Shown piece after piece: positions 16,958 to 27,118 of a stretch of 64,000 nucleotides of DNA (position 1 is the first letter of the stretch; each line of letters begins with the position of its first letter). This DNA comes from Burkholderiales bacterium (GTDB taxonomy: Bacteria > Pseudomonadota > Gammaproteobacteria > Burkholderiales > SG8-41), in assembly GCA_043743335.1 (NCBI GenBank), contig JAYTWR010000193.1:32692-96691 (forward strand). The letters run 5' to 3'. The position numbers and the translations under genes are program-made. Under the pieces are notes generated by a model. That model was given only the letters and a program-made list of their open reading frames with translations. It did not search any database and was not told where the DNA came from.

Positions 16958-17689
16958 ATGAAAACCACTGATTTCGGCTATCAGTCTGTTCCTGAATCCG
17001 AAAAAGCGCGCAAAGTCGAGGGCGTATTCACCTCAGTAGCGCAACGCTACGACGTGATGAACGATCTCATGTCGGCGGGGCTGCACCGGCTGTGGAAACG
17101 CTTCACCCTAGATCAAAGTTTTGTGCGCGCCGGTGAACGTGTGCTGGATGTCGCTGGCGGCACCGCCGATTTGTCGCGCGCGTTCGCCAAGCGTGTCGGT
17201 CCCGCAGGCTCAGTCGTGCTCACGGACATTAACGCGGCCATGCTAGGCATAGGCCGCGACCGCTTGATCGACGACGGCGTGTTCGCGCCCGCCGTGCAGT
17301 GCGACGCGGAAAAGCTGCCGTTCGCCGCAAATTACTTCGATTGCGTGTGCGTCGCCTTTGGGCTACGCAACATGACGCACAAAGACGCTGCGCTGGCTGA
17401 CATGTACCGGGTGCTGCGCCCGGGGGGCCGCTTGCTGGTGCTGGAATTCAGCCGCGTATGGAAGCCGCTGCAAGGTGCCTACGACGCGTACTCGTTTAAC
17501 GTGTTGCCGAAAATGGGCGAACTCATCACCCAAGACGCCGACAGTTACCGCTATCTTGCCGAATCCATCCGCATGCACCCAGACCAAGAAACCTTAAAGC
17601 AGATGATGCTCACCGCCGGCCTAGAGCGCGTGGAATACTTTAATCTGGCCGCTGGCGTGGTGGCGCTGCATCGCGGCTACAAGTTTTGA
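16958..17689 (+). CDS. ubiE: ubiquinone/menaquinone biosynthesis C-methyltransferase UbiE
   Basis: 243 aa with [44 protein letters not shown] and AFGLRNMT. Confidence 0.95.
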   Translation: MKTTDFGYQSVPESEKARKVEGVFTSVAQRYDVMNDLMSAGLHRLWKRFTLDQSFVRAGERVLDVAGGTADLSRAFAKRVGPAGSVVLTDINAAMLGIGRDRLIDDGVFAPAVQCDAEKLPFAANYFDCVCVAFGLRNMTHKDAALADMYRVLRPGGRLLVLEFSRVWKPLQGAYDAYSFNVLPKMGELITQDADSYRYLAESIRMHPDQETLKQMMLTAGLERVEYFNLAAGVVALHRGYKF

Positions 17690-17693
17690 TTTA

Positions 17694-17712
17694 TAACTAG
17701 TTGATTTTAAAC
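17694..17712 (+). repeat. AT-rich box, 15/19
   Basis: Lies directly after the ubiE stop. Confidence 0.6.
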
Positions 17713-17895
17713 GATTTTTTATACTAATGTCCAAGTACATTTATTGTAATATGTGTGCCGTATTATTCGCACTATAATGGCATCGTGCCATTGAAATGCC
17801 ACTCAAGAGCATCCATCTATGGCTAAGAACTCGTTACGAGTTTTCTTTGTTGTAGCAATTCAGTCACGCTGGTGAAATAACCGAAAGAGGAAAAC

Positions 17896-18819
17896 ATGAA
17901 TAAATTACTCAGCATCATTGCAGTGTTGTTTGGATTCACGATGGTAGTGGTAGATGCCGAAGCCGCGCGCGTCGGCAGTGGCAAGAACGCTGGCCGCCAA
18001 AGCAGCAGCACCAGCTCCAATAACGCCTCATCCGCTCCGGCGCAAAAAACCGCCCCTGCACAAGCCGCACCGACGCCGCCCGCGCCCGCACCCTCAGGCA
18101 TGAGCCGCTTCCTCGGCCCCTTGGCTGGTATCGCCGCTGGTCTGGGCATCGCCGCACTGTTGAGCCACATGGGCTTGGGTGGTGCGATGGCCAGCATGTT
18201 AAGCGGCATCCTGATGATCGGCCTGTTGCTGGTTGCCGGCTTCTTCATCTATCGCATGCTGACGCGCAACAAATCAGCCCCGCAGCAACCGCTGGGCTAC
18301 GCAGGTGCCGGCAACAACAGCGCTGCCCCTGCACCGGCCGCACCCCAAGTGCAACCCGCGCAATTCACCGGCAACGCAGCGCCCGGCTCGCTCGCCGCTA
18401 CTATCGGTGGCGCACCCTCGGTAGCCGCCGACGCACCGGCAGCCAGCCGTTGGCCCGCCGACTTCAACGTCGCTGAGTTTGAGCGTCAAGCCAAACTTAA
18501 TTTCGAGCGCCTGCAAGCCGCGAACGATGCGGGTGACGCCTCGACCCTGCGCGATTTCCTCACCCCGGCGCTCTACACCGAGCTCGAAGCCGAAATGAAA
18601 TCCGCGTGGGGCTCGCAGCAAAAAACCGAAGCCGTCGATCTCAAGGCCGAAGTACTGGATGTCGTGACCGAGAACGAGATGTATGTCGTCAGCGTGCGCT
18701 ACACCGGCCAAATTCGCGAGAACGGCGTGCTGAGCAACCTCAACGAAATCTGGCACCTTGAAAAACCCGTCAGCGGTCGTGACGGCTGGCGTGTTTCGGG
18801 CATACAGCAAGTGTCGTAA
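17896..18819 (+). CDS. Tim44-like domain membrane protein
   Basis: 307 aa. It has an N-terminal signal/TM, a low-complexity Ala/Pro linker, two TM helices, and a C-terminal Tim44-like domain (FNVAEFERQAKLNFERLQAA...WHLEKP). Confidence 0.8.
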   Translation: MNKLLSIIAVLFGFTMVVVDAEAARVGSGKNAGRQSSSTSSNNASSAPAQKTAPAQAAPTPPAPAPSGMSRFLGPLAGIAAGLGIAALLSHMGLGGAMASMLSGILMIGLLLVAGFFIYRMLTRNKSAPQQPLGYAGAGNNSAAPAPAAPQVQPAQFTGNAAPGSLAATIGGAPSVAADAPAASRWPADFNVAEFERQAKLNFERLQAANDAGDASTLRDFLTPALYTELEAEMKSAWGSQQKTEAVDLKAEVLDVVTENEMYVVSVRYTGQIRENGVLSNLNEIWHLEKPVSGRDGWRVSGIQQVS

Positions 18820-18844
18820 TCGTAGTTTTTTCAGCACCACAAAA

Positions 18845-18870
18845 ACGCCCGGCGACCCCGGGCGTTTTTT
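18845..18870 (+). terminator. rho-independent terminator after the Tim44-like gene
   Basis: ACGCCCGG-CGACC-CCGGGCGT forms an 8-bp GC stem, followed by TTTTTT. It ends 14 nt before the next ATG. Confidence 0.75.
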
Positions 18871-18884
18871 AATCCCGGAAACCC

Positions 18885-21158
18885 ATGGCCACTTCCATTC
18901 CTCGGCAACTGGCGCTGGCCGAACAGCATTTCAGAAAAGGAAACCACGACTTCGCCGAACCCTTGCTGCGGGAAATTCTGTCGCGCACGCCGGCCCACAC
19001 CAAAGCGAATGAACTGCTGGGCTACATCACCGGCAATCGCGGGGAGTTGGACGTCTCGTTTGCGCTGCTGAAAACCGCCGTTGCTTCGCCCGAAGCCTCG
19101 GGAGAAGCCAGCTACTACTTGGGCAAACATTTTCTCGACCGGCAGTTATTCAGCGATGCTTGCGTCGCCTTCGAGCAAGCCTTAAGCCGCGCCGGCAATT
19201 TTTTTGAAGGGCTGCACGACCTCGCGGTCGCGATGACCGGAAGCGGCAATGCTGCGGCGGCGCTGGCGTTCTACGACAAGGCGCTGGCGCTGCGCCCCGA
19301 TTTCGCACAAGGCTGGTTCAACAAGGCTGTTGCGCTTGATGCGCTCAACCGGTTTGACGATGCGCTGCACAGTTACAACAAGGCGCTGGCGATTGATCCG
19401 AGCGACGCCACGGCGTGGTACAACCGCGGCGCGACCCTCAATGATCTGGGCCGCTACGATGAGGCCCTCGCCAGTCACGACAAAACCCTGGCGCTCGATC
19501 CCGCTCATGCAAAAGCTTGGTCGAATCGCGGCGTGACGCTGTCGGCGCTCAAGCGCTACAAAGAGGCGCTGGCATGTCACGAAAAAGCATTGTCGTTGCA
19601 GCCCGGCTTTGCAGAAGCTTGGGGCCGGGGCGCAGATGTCTTTAGCGAACTGAAATATCCCGACAAGGCGCTCACCTATTTCGCCAAGGCCTTGGCGTTA
19701 AAGGCCGATATTCCGTATGCGCAGGGCGGCTTGTTGCGCGCGCGCATGGCCCTGTGCCTGTGGACGGCGACACCCGGTGTTGGGCCTGCGACGTTGGCTA
19801 TCGGACAGCACTTCGAACAATTACTAACGGCTATCGATGCGCAGCAACGCGTAGCGACGCCGTTTGTGGCGCTTGCGATGCCGTCAACCTTGGCGCAACA
19901 ACGCCTTTGCGGTGAAATTTACAGCCGGGATCGCAGTCCGGTTGTCGCGCCTTACGGGCGAGCGCAATTCCTAAAAACAGACGGTCGCATCAGGATTGGT
20001 TATTTCTCCTGCGATTTCAGAACACATGCCGTGTCGTTTCTGACTGCGGGCTTGTTTGAGCACCACGACCGGTCGCGCTTTGAAGTTCACGCCTTTGCGC
20101 TCAGTGTGCCCGACGACGATCCCGTAACGGCCAGACTCAGGGCGGCGTTTGAGCATTTTCACAACGTCGAAAACCTGCCCGATCACGAGGTTGTCGAGCA
20201 GGCGCGTCGCCTAAACATCGATATCGCCATAGACCTTACCGGGCACACACAAGGTGCCCGCACCGGCATCTTTGCGCGCCGCGCCGCGCCTGTGCAAGTC
20301 AGTTATCTTGGCTTTCCCGGCACCATGGGCGCACCCTTCATCGATTACCTCGTCGCTGACAGTATTGTGGTTCCCGACGGCAATGCCGATGCGTATACCG
20401 AGAAAGTGGTGTTTCTGCCGGATTGTTTTCAAATCAATGATGCGGCTCGCGCTGTGGCGCCAGCCCCCTGCCGAGCGTCATGCGGCATACCTGATGAGGC
20501 GTTTGTTTTCTGCTCGTTCAATAGCGTCTACAAAATCAATCCGCGCATCTTCGATGTGTGGATGAATATCATGCAGGGCGTGCAACACAGCGTGCTGTGG
20601 TTAGTCGGCGAAACCGATGCGCAACAGAAAAACCTCCGCGCTTGGGCGGCGACGCGCGGCGTTGCCCCGCACCGGCTGATATTTGCCGGCACACTGCCGT
20701 ACGCCGGGCATCTGGCGCGGTATGCCTTGGCCGATCTGGTGTTGGATACACTGCCGTTTAATGGCGGCACCACCACCAGCGATGCCCTGTGGGGCGGCGC
20801 GCCGGTATTAACCTGTACCGGCAATACATTTGCCGGACGCATGGCTGCGAGTTTGCTGCATACGATGGGCCTGCCGGAACTGGTGACGGGGTCGCTCGAT
20901 GACTATCAGACGCAAGCCGTGCATCTCGCGCACCACCCAGCCAAGCTGGAAGCGCTGCGACAACGACTCAGTGCAAATCGCGCTACGTCTCCTTTGTTCA
21001 ACACGCGCTTGGGCACACGGCATATCGAAGCCGCCTACGTTGAAATGCACCAACGCGCTGCTGCCGGTCTGCCGCCAGCCCATTTGCGCATCGCGCACTT
21101 GACTGAAACGGCAGCGGCAGACACCGCGGGAAACCGACCTCGGCATTCAATGGGATAA
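18885..21158 (+). CDS. TPR-repeat protein with C-terminal GT41 (OGT/SPINDLY-like) domain, paralogue of 445-2634
   Basis: 757 aa. It has canonical TPRs (AWYNRGATLNDLGRYDEALASHDKTLALDP and others) and the same C-terminal blocks as 445-2634 (GYFSCDF..EHHDRSRFE, YLGFPGTMGAPFIDYLVAD, FCSFNSVYKINP, LDTLPFNGGTTTSDALWGGAP). Confidence 0.85.
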   Translation: MATSIPRQLALAEQHFRKGNHDFAEPLLREILSRTPAHTKANELLGYITGNRGELDVSFALLKTAVASPEASGEASYYLGKHFLDRQLFSDACVAFEQALSRAGNFFEGLHDLAVAMTGSGNAAAALAFYDKALALRPDFAQGWFNKAVALDALNRFDDALHSYNKALAIDPSDATAWYNRGATLNDLGRYDEALASHDKTLALDPAHAKAWSNRGVTLSALKRYKEALACHEKALSLQPGFAEAWGRGADVFSELKYPDKALTYFAKALALKADIPYAQGGLLRARMALCLWTATPGVGPATLAIGQHFEQLLTAIDAQQRVATPFVALAMPSTLAQQRLCGEIYSRDRSPVVAPYGRAQFLKTDGRIRIGYFSCDFRTHAVSFLTAGLFEHHDRSRFEVHAFALSVPDDDPVTARLRAAFEHFHNVENLPDHEVVEQARRLNIDIAIDLTGHTQGARTGIFARRAAPVQVSYLGFPGTMGAPFIDYLVADSIVVPDGNADAYTEKVVFLPDCFQINDAARAVAPAPCRASCGIPDEAFVFCSFNSVYKINPRIFDVWMNIMQGVQHSVLWLVGETDAQQKNLRAWAATRGVAPHRLIFAGTLPYAGHLARYALADLVLDTLPFNGGTTTSDALWGGAPVLTCTGNTFAGRMAASLLHTMGLPELVTGSLDDYQTQAVHLAHHPAKLEALRQRLSANRATSPLFNTRLGTRHIEAAYVEMHQRAAAGLPPAHLRIAHLTETAAADTAGNRPRHSMG

Positions 21159-21165
21159 TCGCTTT

Positions 21166-21744
21166 ATGCGCTTACCCGTCATTGCCGCCCCCCTCAACCA
21201 CGTGCTCCGCGCCAATTCGTGGGCGCGCGAACGGCTCGCGCCCTTTGCCGGTCGCGTGGTGTGCATCGACAATCCGCCGTTTTCGGTCAACATGGCTGTG
21301 ACGGCGAACGGCGAAATTGCGGAAGCCGCCCCCGCTGCCACGCCCGACGTCACCGTGCATCTCACGCCGGGGCTGACCTTGCGCCTGCTGGCACGCGACC
21401 TGTCGGTATGGCAGGACATCAAAGTTGAGGGCGACGCCGCCTTTGCCGCTGCGATCAATTACGTGGCGCGCAACATCCGCTGGGATGTCGAAGAAGATTT
21501 AAGCCGCGTGGTCGGCGATATCGCCGCGCATCGCATGGTTGAAGCCGGGCGCAAGCTCGATCAGTGGACACGGCAGGGTGCGGACAATCTGGCGCGTTCG
21601 TTCGCTGAATACTGGACCGAAGAGCGACCCTTGATCGCCAGCCGCGCGGACATTGCGCTATTCAATCGCGAAGTGGATGCCTTGCGCGACGATCTCGCGC
21701 GGCTCGAAAAGCGCATTGAGTTACACGAACGACTGCAGGGTTGA
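21166..21744 (+). CDS. ubiJ: ubiquinone biosynthesis accessory factor UbiJ (SCP2 domain)
   Basis: 192 aa with LNHVLRANSWARERLAPFAG...KVEGDAAFAAAINYVARNIRWDVEEDLSRVVGDI. It sits directly upstream of ubiB. Confidence 0.75.
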   Translation: MRLPVIAAPLNHVLRANSWARERLAPFAGRVVCIDNPPFSVNMAVTANGEIAEAAPAATPDVTVHLTPGLTLRLLARDLSVWQDIKVEGDAAFAAAINYVARNIRWDVEEDLSRVVGDIAAHRMVEAGRKLDQWTRQGADNLARSFAEYWTEERPLIASRADIALFNREVDALRDDLARLEKRIELHERLQG

Positions 21745-21803
21745 GTAACCCGGCGGCGGCGTTCATTTCCCCGCGCCCGCTCGCGCACCGCTAAAATCGC
21801 CTT

Positions 21804-23348
21804 ATGCGTTCCCTGTCCCCCGCGCACCTTTTCCGTCTGTTGACGATCATCCGTGTCGCGCTGCGTTTCGGCCTCGATGAGTATCTGCACGGCGACGCGC
21901 GTGTCGGCGGCCTGCACACTGCTTTACGTAAGCTATTGTTTTGGCGGGACTTTTCTGCGCCGCGCGCCGTACGTTTGCGGCTGGCGCTGGAAGCGCTGGG
22001 GCCGATTTTCGTCAAATTCGGGCAGATCCTGTCCACCCGGCGCGATCTGCTGCCGGACGACATCGCCAACGAACTCGCCAAACTGCAAGATCAGGTGCCG
22101 CCGTTTCCGGGCGCTGACGCCATCGCCGTCATCGAGCGAGCGCATCAAAAGCCGATTGCCGACATCTTTCGCGCCTTTGACCGCACGGCGCTGGCCAGTG
22201 CGTCGGTGGCGCAAGTGCATCTGGCGGAGCTAAACGATGGCCGCGAAGCCGCCGTGAAGATTTTGCGGCCCGGCATCGCACAAGTCATTCGCAACGATCT
22301 GGCTTTGCTGAATGCCGGTGCATCGCTGATGGAATGCCTGTGGGCCGACGGCAAACGCTTGCGCCCGCACGAAGTGGTCGCCGAATTCGCCCGCCATCTC
22401 AATGACGAACTCGATCTCATGCGCGAGGCCGCCAACGCCAGCCAATTGCATCGCAATTTCGCCGGCTCACCTTTGCTACGGGTGCCGGAAATTTACTGGG
22501 AACATTGCTCGACCGAAGTGATGGTAATGCAGCGCATGCACGGCGCGCCGGTGTCGCACGTGGCCGAACTGCGCGCGCAGGGCGTGGATATCCCCAAGCT
22601 CGCGCGCGCGGGTGTGGAAATCTTTTTCACCCAAGTATTTCGCGACGGCTTTTTCCACGCCGACATGCATCCCGGCAATATTTTTGTTACGCCAACGGGG
22701 CAATACATCGCGCTCGATTTTGGCATCATGGGCACGCTCACGCCCGTCGACAAAAACTATCTGGCGCAAAATTTTCTCGCCTTTTTTCGCCGCGATTACC
22801 GACGTGTGGCGCAGGTGCATATCGAATCGGGCTGGGCACCCGCCGGCACACGCGTCGATGAATTCGAGACTGCCATACGCGCCGTGTGCGAACCCATTTT
22901 TGACAAGCCGCTGAAAGATATTTCGTTCGGTAAGCTGTTGCTGCGCCTGTTTCAGACGTCGCGGCGCTTCAATATGCAAATCCAGCCGCAACTGGTGATG
23001 CTGCAAAAAACCCTGCTCAATATCGAAGGCTTGGGCCGCGACCTCGATCCCGAACTCGATTTATGGGCCACCGCCAAACCGTTTCTGGAGCGTTGGATGT
23101 CCGAGCAAGTCGGCTGGCGCGCGCTGCTGCGGCAAGTGCAGGAAGAAGCGCCGTTCTGGGCCGCGACGCTGCCGCAACTGCCGCGCTTGATCCACCAGGC
23201 GCTCAGCCAAGACCGCGTGGCGCCGCTGCAGCAAGAAATCACCCAGCTACAGCAAGCCCACCGGCGGCTGCGACAATCGCTGGCGCTAATCGTCACCTTA
23301 TTTGCGCTCAGCACGGCGCTCGTGGCCCTGCTCATCGCGCTGCGTTAG
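21804..23348 (+). CDS. ubiB: ubiquinone biosynthesis regulatory kinase-like protein UbiB
   Basis: 514 aa with [40 protein letters not shown] and C-terminal TM helices. Confidence 0.95.
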   Translation: MRSLSPAHLFRLLTIIRVALRFGLDEYLHGDARVGGLHTALRKLLFWRDFSAPRAVRLRLALEALGPIFVKFGQILSTRRDLLPDDIANELAKLQDQVPPFPGADAIAVIERAHQKPIADIFRAFDRTALASASVAQVHLAELNDGREAAVKILRPGIAQVIRNDLALLNAGASLMECLWADGKRLRPHEVVAEFARHLNDELDLMREAANASQLHRNFAGSPLLRVPEIYWEHCSTEVMVMQRMHGAPVSHVAELRAQGVDIPKLARAGVEIFFTQVFRDGFFHADMHPGNIFVTPTGQYIALDFGIMGTLTPVDKNYLAQNFLAFFRRDYRRVAQVHIESGWAPAGTRVDEFETAIRAVCEPIFDKPLKDISFGKLLLRLFQTSRRFNMQIQPQLVMLQKTLLNIEGLGRDLDPELDLWATAKPFLERWMSEQVGWRALLRQVQEEAPFWAATLPQLPRLIHQALSQDRVAPLQQEITQLQQAHRRLRQSLALIVTLFALSTALVALLIALR

Positions 23349-23380
23349 CCTTATAATTTCAGCCAGATTTTTCTGGCTGC

Positions 23381-24907
23381 TTGCTGAGGCGCACAGTGCT
23401 GATCTGGTTTGTCGTCATTTACCTGTTGATTTCGCTCGCCATCGGCTTGATCGCCGCCACGCGCGTACACAACGCAAAAGACTTCGCGATCGCGGGCCGC
23501 CATTTGCCGCTGCCCATCGTGATGGCCACCGTGTTCGCCACGTGGTTTGGGGCGGAAACGGTGCTCGGTATTTCCGCCACCTTCGTCAAAGAGGGTTTGC
23601 GCGGCGTGGTAGCCGACCCCTTTGGTTCAAGCCTGTGCCTGATTTTTGCCGGCCTGTTTTTCGCCGCCAAACTCTATCGCATGAATCTGCTTACCATTGG
23701 CGATTACTATCGCTTGCGCTATAACCGCACGGTTGAAATTTTATGCACGCTGGCCATCGTCACGTCGTACTTGGGCTGGGTGGCGGCGCAAATCAAGGCG
23801 CTGGGACTGGTGTTTTTTGTGGTCACCGATGGTGCCATCAGCCAGCAAACCGGCATGATCATCGGCGCAGCCATCGTGCTCACCTACACCACGTTCGGCG
23901 GCATGCTGTCGGTGGCGATACTCGATTTTGTGCAAATGACCGTCATCATGGGCGGCATGCTTTACATCGCCTACGTCATCGCCGGCATGACCGGCGGTGT
24001 GGGTGCGGTAGTGGCGCACGCCAACGCGGCGGGCAAACTGGCGTTTTTCCCCGAGGCGTCAGTGACGGCATGGGTGCCGTTCATCGGCGCGTGGATCACC
24101 ATGATGTTGGGCTCGATTCCGCAGCAAGATGTGTTCCAGCGCATCACTTCGGCCAAGGATGAAAAAACCGCCGTGCGCGGCTCGGTGCTGGGCGGCTCGA
24201 TTTATTTTCTGTTCGCGTTCGTGCCGATGTTTCTGGCCTACGCCGCGACGCTGGTAGATCCGAAGATATTCAACGAGTTGCTCACCAGAGATTCGCAACT
24301 GGTGCTGCCCACGCTGATACTTCAACACACGCCGCTGTTCGCGCAGGTGGTGTTTTTCGGCGCACTGCTATCGGCGATCATGAGCTGTTCGAGCGCTACC
24401 TTGCTCGCGCCGTCGGTGGCGTTTTCGGAAAACATTCTGCGCAACATTTTCCCCGGCATGAGCGATCGCGTGTTTTTGCGCACCATGCGCATCGTGCTGG
24501 TGTGCTTTGCGTGCATTGTGCTGGTCTTTGCACTGAATTCCAGTGCGAGCATTTTCAAAATGGTGGAAAACGCCTACAAAATCACGCTGGTGTGTGCGTT
24601 CTTTCCGTTGTGTTTGGGGCTCTACTGGAAGCGCGCCACCACGCAGGGCGCACTCGCAGGCATCCTGTGCGGATTTTTCACTTGGATTTTGCTGGAGTAT
24701 TTCGGTACTCACAACGACGTGTGGCTGCCGCAATTAATCGGCTTTTGCGCCGCCGGGGCCAGCATGGTAGCGGGATCGTTGTTGCCGCAAGTGATCGGCC
24801 GACCCACGCCCTTGCATCCTGAAGCGCACGCGCCGCATCCGCATGCCTCGACACAACACGTGCCCGCCACCGGGCATCACCACACCCACGGCACGCATCG
24901 CCCTTAA
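23381..24907 (+). CDS. sodium:solute symporter (SSF) family transporter with His-rich C-terminal tail
   Basis: 508 aa. DFAIAGRHLPLPIVMATVFATWFGAETVLG and multiple TM helices. Non-ATG start (TTG at 23381 or GTG at 23396). Confidence 0.85.
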   Translation: MLRRTVLIWFVVIYLLISLAIGLIAATRVHNAKDFAIAGRHLPLPIVMATVFATWFGAETVLGISATFVKEGLRGVVADPFGSSLCLIFAGLFFAAKLYRMNLLTIGDYYRLRYNRTVEILCTLAIVTSYLGWVAAQIKALGLVFFVVTDGAISQQTGMIIGAAIVLTYTTFGGMLSVAILDFVQMTVIMGGMLYIAYVIAGMTGGVGAVVAHANAAGKLAFFPEASVTAWVPFIGAWITMMLGSIPQQDVFQRITSAKDEKTAVRGSVLGGSIYFLFAFVPMFLAYAATLVDPKIFNELLTRDSQLVLPTLILQHTPLFAQVVFFGALLSAIMSCSSATLLAPSVAFSENILRNIFPGMSDRVFLRTMRIVLVCFACIVLVFALNSSASIFKMVENAYKITLVCAFFPLCLGLYWKRATTQGALAGILCGFFTWILLEYFGTHNDVWLPQLIGFCAAGASMVAGSLLPQVIGRPTPLHPEAHAPHPHASTQHVPATGHHHTHGTHRP

Positions 24908-24938
24908 ACGCTACCGCGCTTGGCGCAGACAAAATTCC

Positions 24939-24957
24939 CTTTAAAAACAATTAGTTA
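24939..24957 (-). repeat. AT-rich box, 16/19
   Basis: Lies in the convergent junction between the symporter and the DHH gene. Confidence 0.65.
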
Positions 24958-24965
24958 CCATATAT

Positions 24966-26042
24966 TTATGGCCAGGCCGCACGAAACGCGTCGGCAAATT
25001 CTGCCAGCCGCGCCTGCGGCAGCAGGTTTATGCCTGCGGCACCCTTGCGCCCGCCACCGGTTTCAAAGCGCGCGCACAGCTCATCCGCGCCGTTGAGATT
25101 CGCCTGCGGCGCACGCACGCTGACGGTGTAGCCGCCGGCCTTGGCGACCAGCACCGCATGTGCGCGGCGCGCATGTTCCTGCGCGAGGCGGTTGCCGAAC
25201 AAGCCATTCACACGACGGCTCCAGGCCGCGTCCGGCAGCACGTAGAGCGCGGCGCTGTCATTGGAGAATTCAGGTTTTATGTCATCGGCGCGCTCGAAGT
25301 CTTCGCGCAACGCCTGTTTCAACACGTCGAACACCGGCTCGTCGATCATGAATTTGCGCGGGTCGGTGTACGGTGAAATCGTTTCATACAAATCGGCCGG
25401 CGGGTAATGCAAATCATCGGGCGTTTCGCCGTAGGCGTTGTAGTTGAGGCAATCGCCCAGCTCATGCAGGCGCGCGAGTTCGGTGTGATCCAGATCGAGC
25501 GATTGCGCCGCCTTGATTGCCGACGCAACAAGATTGTCGCCAAACGCCGCCACCACGGCCCATATACGGTAGCGCCCCGACAAATGACGATCCACAATCA
25601 GACTGGTGCAAATATCCGCGGCGGTGTCGATGTGTGCGATGAGATTGGCATGCACGGGGATGAAGCCCGCCGCGTGATGATCAAAATACTCGCATTTGAC
25701 GCCGCGCCCCAGCAATTTGCCCAGCGCCGACGCATTGGATTTCAGTGAAATGTCGAGCACGGTGATTTCGTCGCCGGCTTGCGCCTGCAACAATTCGACA
25801 CGCTCCAGCAGTTTGATATCGCGTTTGACGCCGGTGATGCGTTCACTGTGGCGCGGTTGTGCGAGCCGCAACTGGTGCAGAGCGCACAGCCCATCGGCGT
25901 CGCCGTTAAAAATGTCGTAGTATTTGTGCAATGGCTGCTGAGTCGAAATGAATGGATAAGATGCGCAAAGGGACGCACGATGGCGCGCAAAATAACAGCG
26001 CGCCGGCTGACTCGCGTCATGTGTATCTGCTGGCGCTGACAC
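24966..26042 (-). CDS. DHH-family phosphoesterase-like protein (start uncertain, possibly TTG at 25931)
   Basis: Contains FNGDADGLCA (DxD motif) and EYFDHHAAG (DHH motif). The longest ORF overlaps the divergent VanZ-like gene by 91 bp. Confidence 0.65.
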   Translation of the reverse strand: MSAPADTHDASQPARCYFARHRASLCASYPFISTQQPLHKYYDIFNGDADGLCALHQLRLAQPRHSERITGVKRDIKLLERVELLQAQAGDEITVLDISLKSNASALGKLLGRGVKCEYFDHHAAGFIPVHANLIAHIDTAADICTSLIVDRHLSGRYRIWAVVAAFGDNLVASAIKAAQSLDLDHTELARLHELGDCLNYNAYGETPDDLHYPPADLYETISPYTDPRKFMIDEPVFDVLKQALREDFERADDIKPEFSNDSAALYVLPDAAWSRRVNGLFGNRLAQEHARRAHAVLVAKAGGYTVSVRAPQANLNGADELCARFETGGGRKGAAGINLLPQARLAEFADAFRAAWP

Positions 26043-27103
26043 TGGCGATAGCTTACCTGCTCGTTATCGTCTACGCCAGCTTGCAGCCGCTGCGCGGCTG
26101 GCGCTTGCCAGCAGAAGATGTGTACGGCTTTCTGAGTGCGCCGCTGCCGCGTTACATCACCCTTAGCGACGTGCTGATCAACGTGTCGGCGTATATCCCG
26201 CTCGGCTTTATGCTGACGCTGGGCCTGCGCATTGCATTGCCGCCGGTGGCGGCTGTCGTCATGGGCGTCGTGATGGCGGCCGCACTCAGCATCGGCATGG
26301 AAGCCCTACAAATGTTTTTGCCCGCGCGTATCGCATCGAACGTGGACGTAATGGCCAACAGCGTGGGCGCGTTGATCGGCGCATTGGCGGCGCCGCTGTT
26401 TTTGCCCTCGCAACGTATCGGCGCGCGGCTCGGGGTGCTGCGCGACCGCGTGTTCTTGCCCGGCGCGCTGATCGACAGCGGCATCGTGGTGGCGACATTG
26501 TGGATCGTCACGCACCTTAATCCGTTGACGCAGGTGTTCGGCACCGGCCATTTGCGCGCGACCTTCGATTTGCCCGATCCCCTGTTCCACACGCCCAGCC
26601 TGCTGCTGTCGGCCGAAGCCAGCGTGGTGTTTTTTAATCTGTTGGGGGTGGGGCTGCTGCTGTCGACTTTGCTGCATGCCGAATCCCGCCGCGGGCTGGT
26701 GATCGGCGTTGTCATCGCGGCAGCCATCGCCTGCAAAATGCTGATTAACCTGTTTCTCGCCAAACCGCTGGGCGCGTGGGCTTGGATGACGCCAGGCGCG
26801 CTGCTGGGCCTGCTGCTCGGCACCACACTGCTGGCGGGCCTGTTGACCTTTGGCCGCAGGGCGCGGTTGGCACTCGCGCTGCTGTGCCTGTTGATGGCGC
26901 TGGCGGCGATCAATCTTGCGCCGGACAACCCGTATTTCAGCCTGCCGCCGCAACTGACCAGCGGCAAGGCCAGTCACTTTTTGAGTTTTTCCAGCATCTT
27001 GGGGGCGCTGTCGGAGCTGTGGCCGCTAATCGCGCTGGGGTACCTGTGCGTGGCGCTCTGGCACAGCCGCACGCGCCGCCTCTATAATGAGCGCACACCC
27101 TGA
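25952..27103 (+). CDS. VanZ-like family membrane protein
   Basis: 383 aa. It has VIVYASLQPLRGWRLP, multiple TM helices, and INVSAYIPLGF. Confidence 0.65.
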   Translation: MDKMRKGTHDGAQNNSAPADSRHVYLLALTLAIAYLLVIVYASLQPLRGWRLPAEDVYGFLSAPLPRYITLSDVLINVSAYIPLGFMLTLGLRIALPPVAAVVMGVVMAAALSIGMEALQMFLPARIASNVDVMANSVGALIGALAAPLFLPSQRIGARLGVLRDRVFLPGALIDSGIVVATLWIVTHLNPLTQVFGTGHLRATFDLPDPLFHTPSLLLSAEASVVFFNLLGVGLLLSTLLHAESRRGLVIGVVIAAAIACKMLINLFLAKPLGAWAWMTPGALLGLLLGTTLLAGLLTFGRRARLALALLCLLMALAAINLAPDNPYFSLPPQLTSGKASHFLSFSSILGALSELWPLIALGYLCVALWHSRTRRLYNERTP

Positions 27104-27118
27104 GACAAGGACACTCCC

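Noticed and set aside
25952-26042. 91-bp head-to-head overlap of the DHH-family and VanZ-like genes as a possible regulatory antisense arrangement
   Set aside because: It is most likely an artefact of choosing the longest ORFs. A TTG at 25931 (DHH gene) or later starts remove the overlap, and there is no independent evidence for functional overlap.
26152-26977. 271-aa and 223-aa minus-strand ORFs antisense to the VanZ-like gene
   Set aside because: Their Arg/Ala/Gln-rich composition marks them as GC-driven artefacts. The sense strand encodes a coherent polytopic membrane protein.
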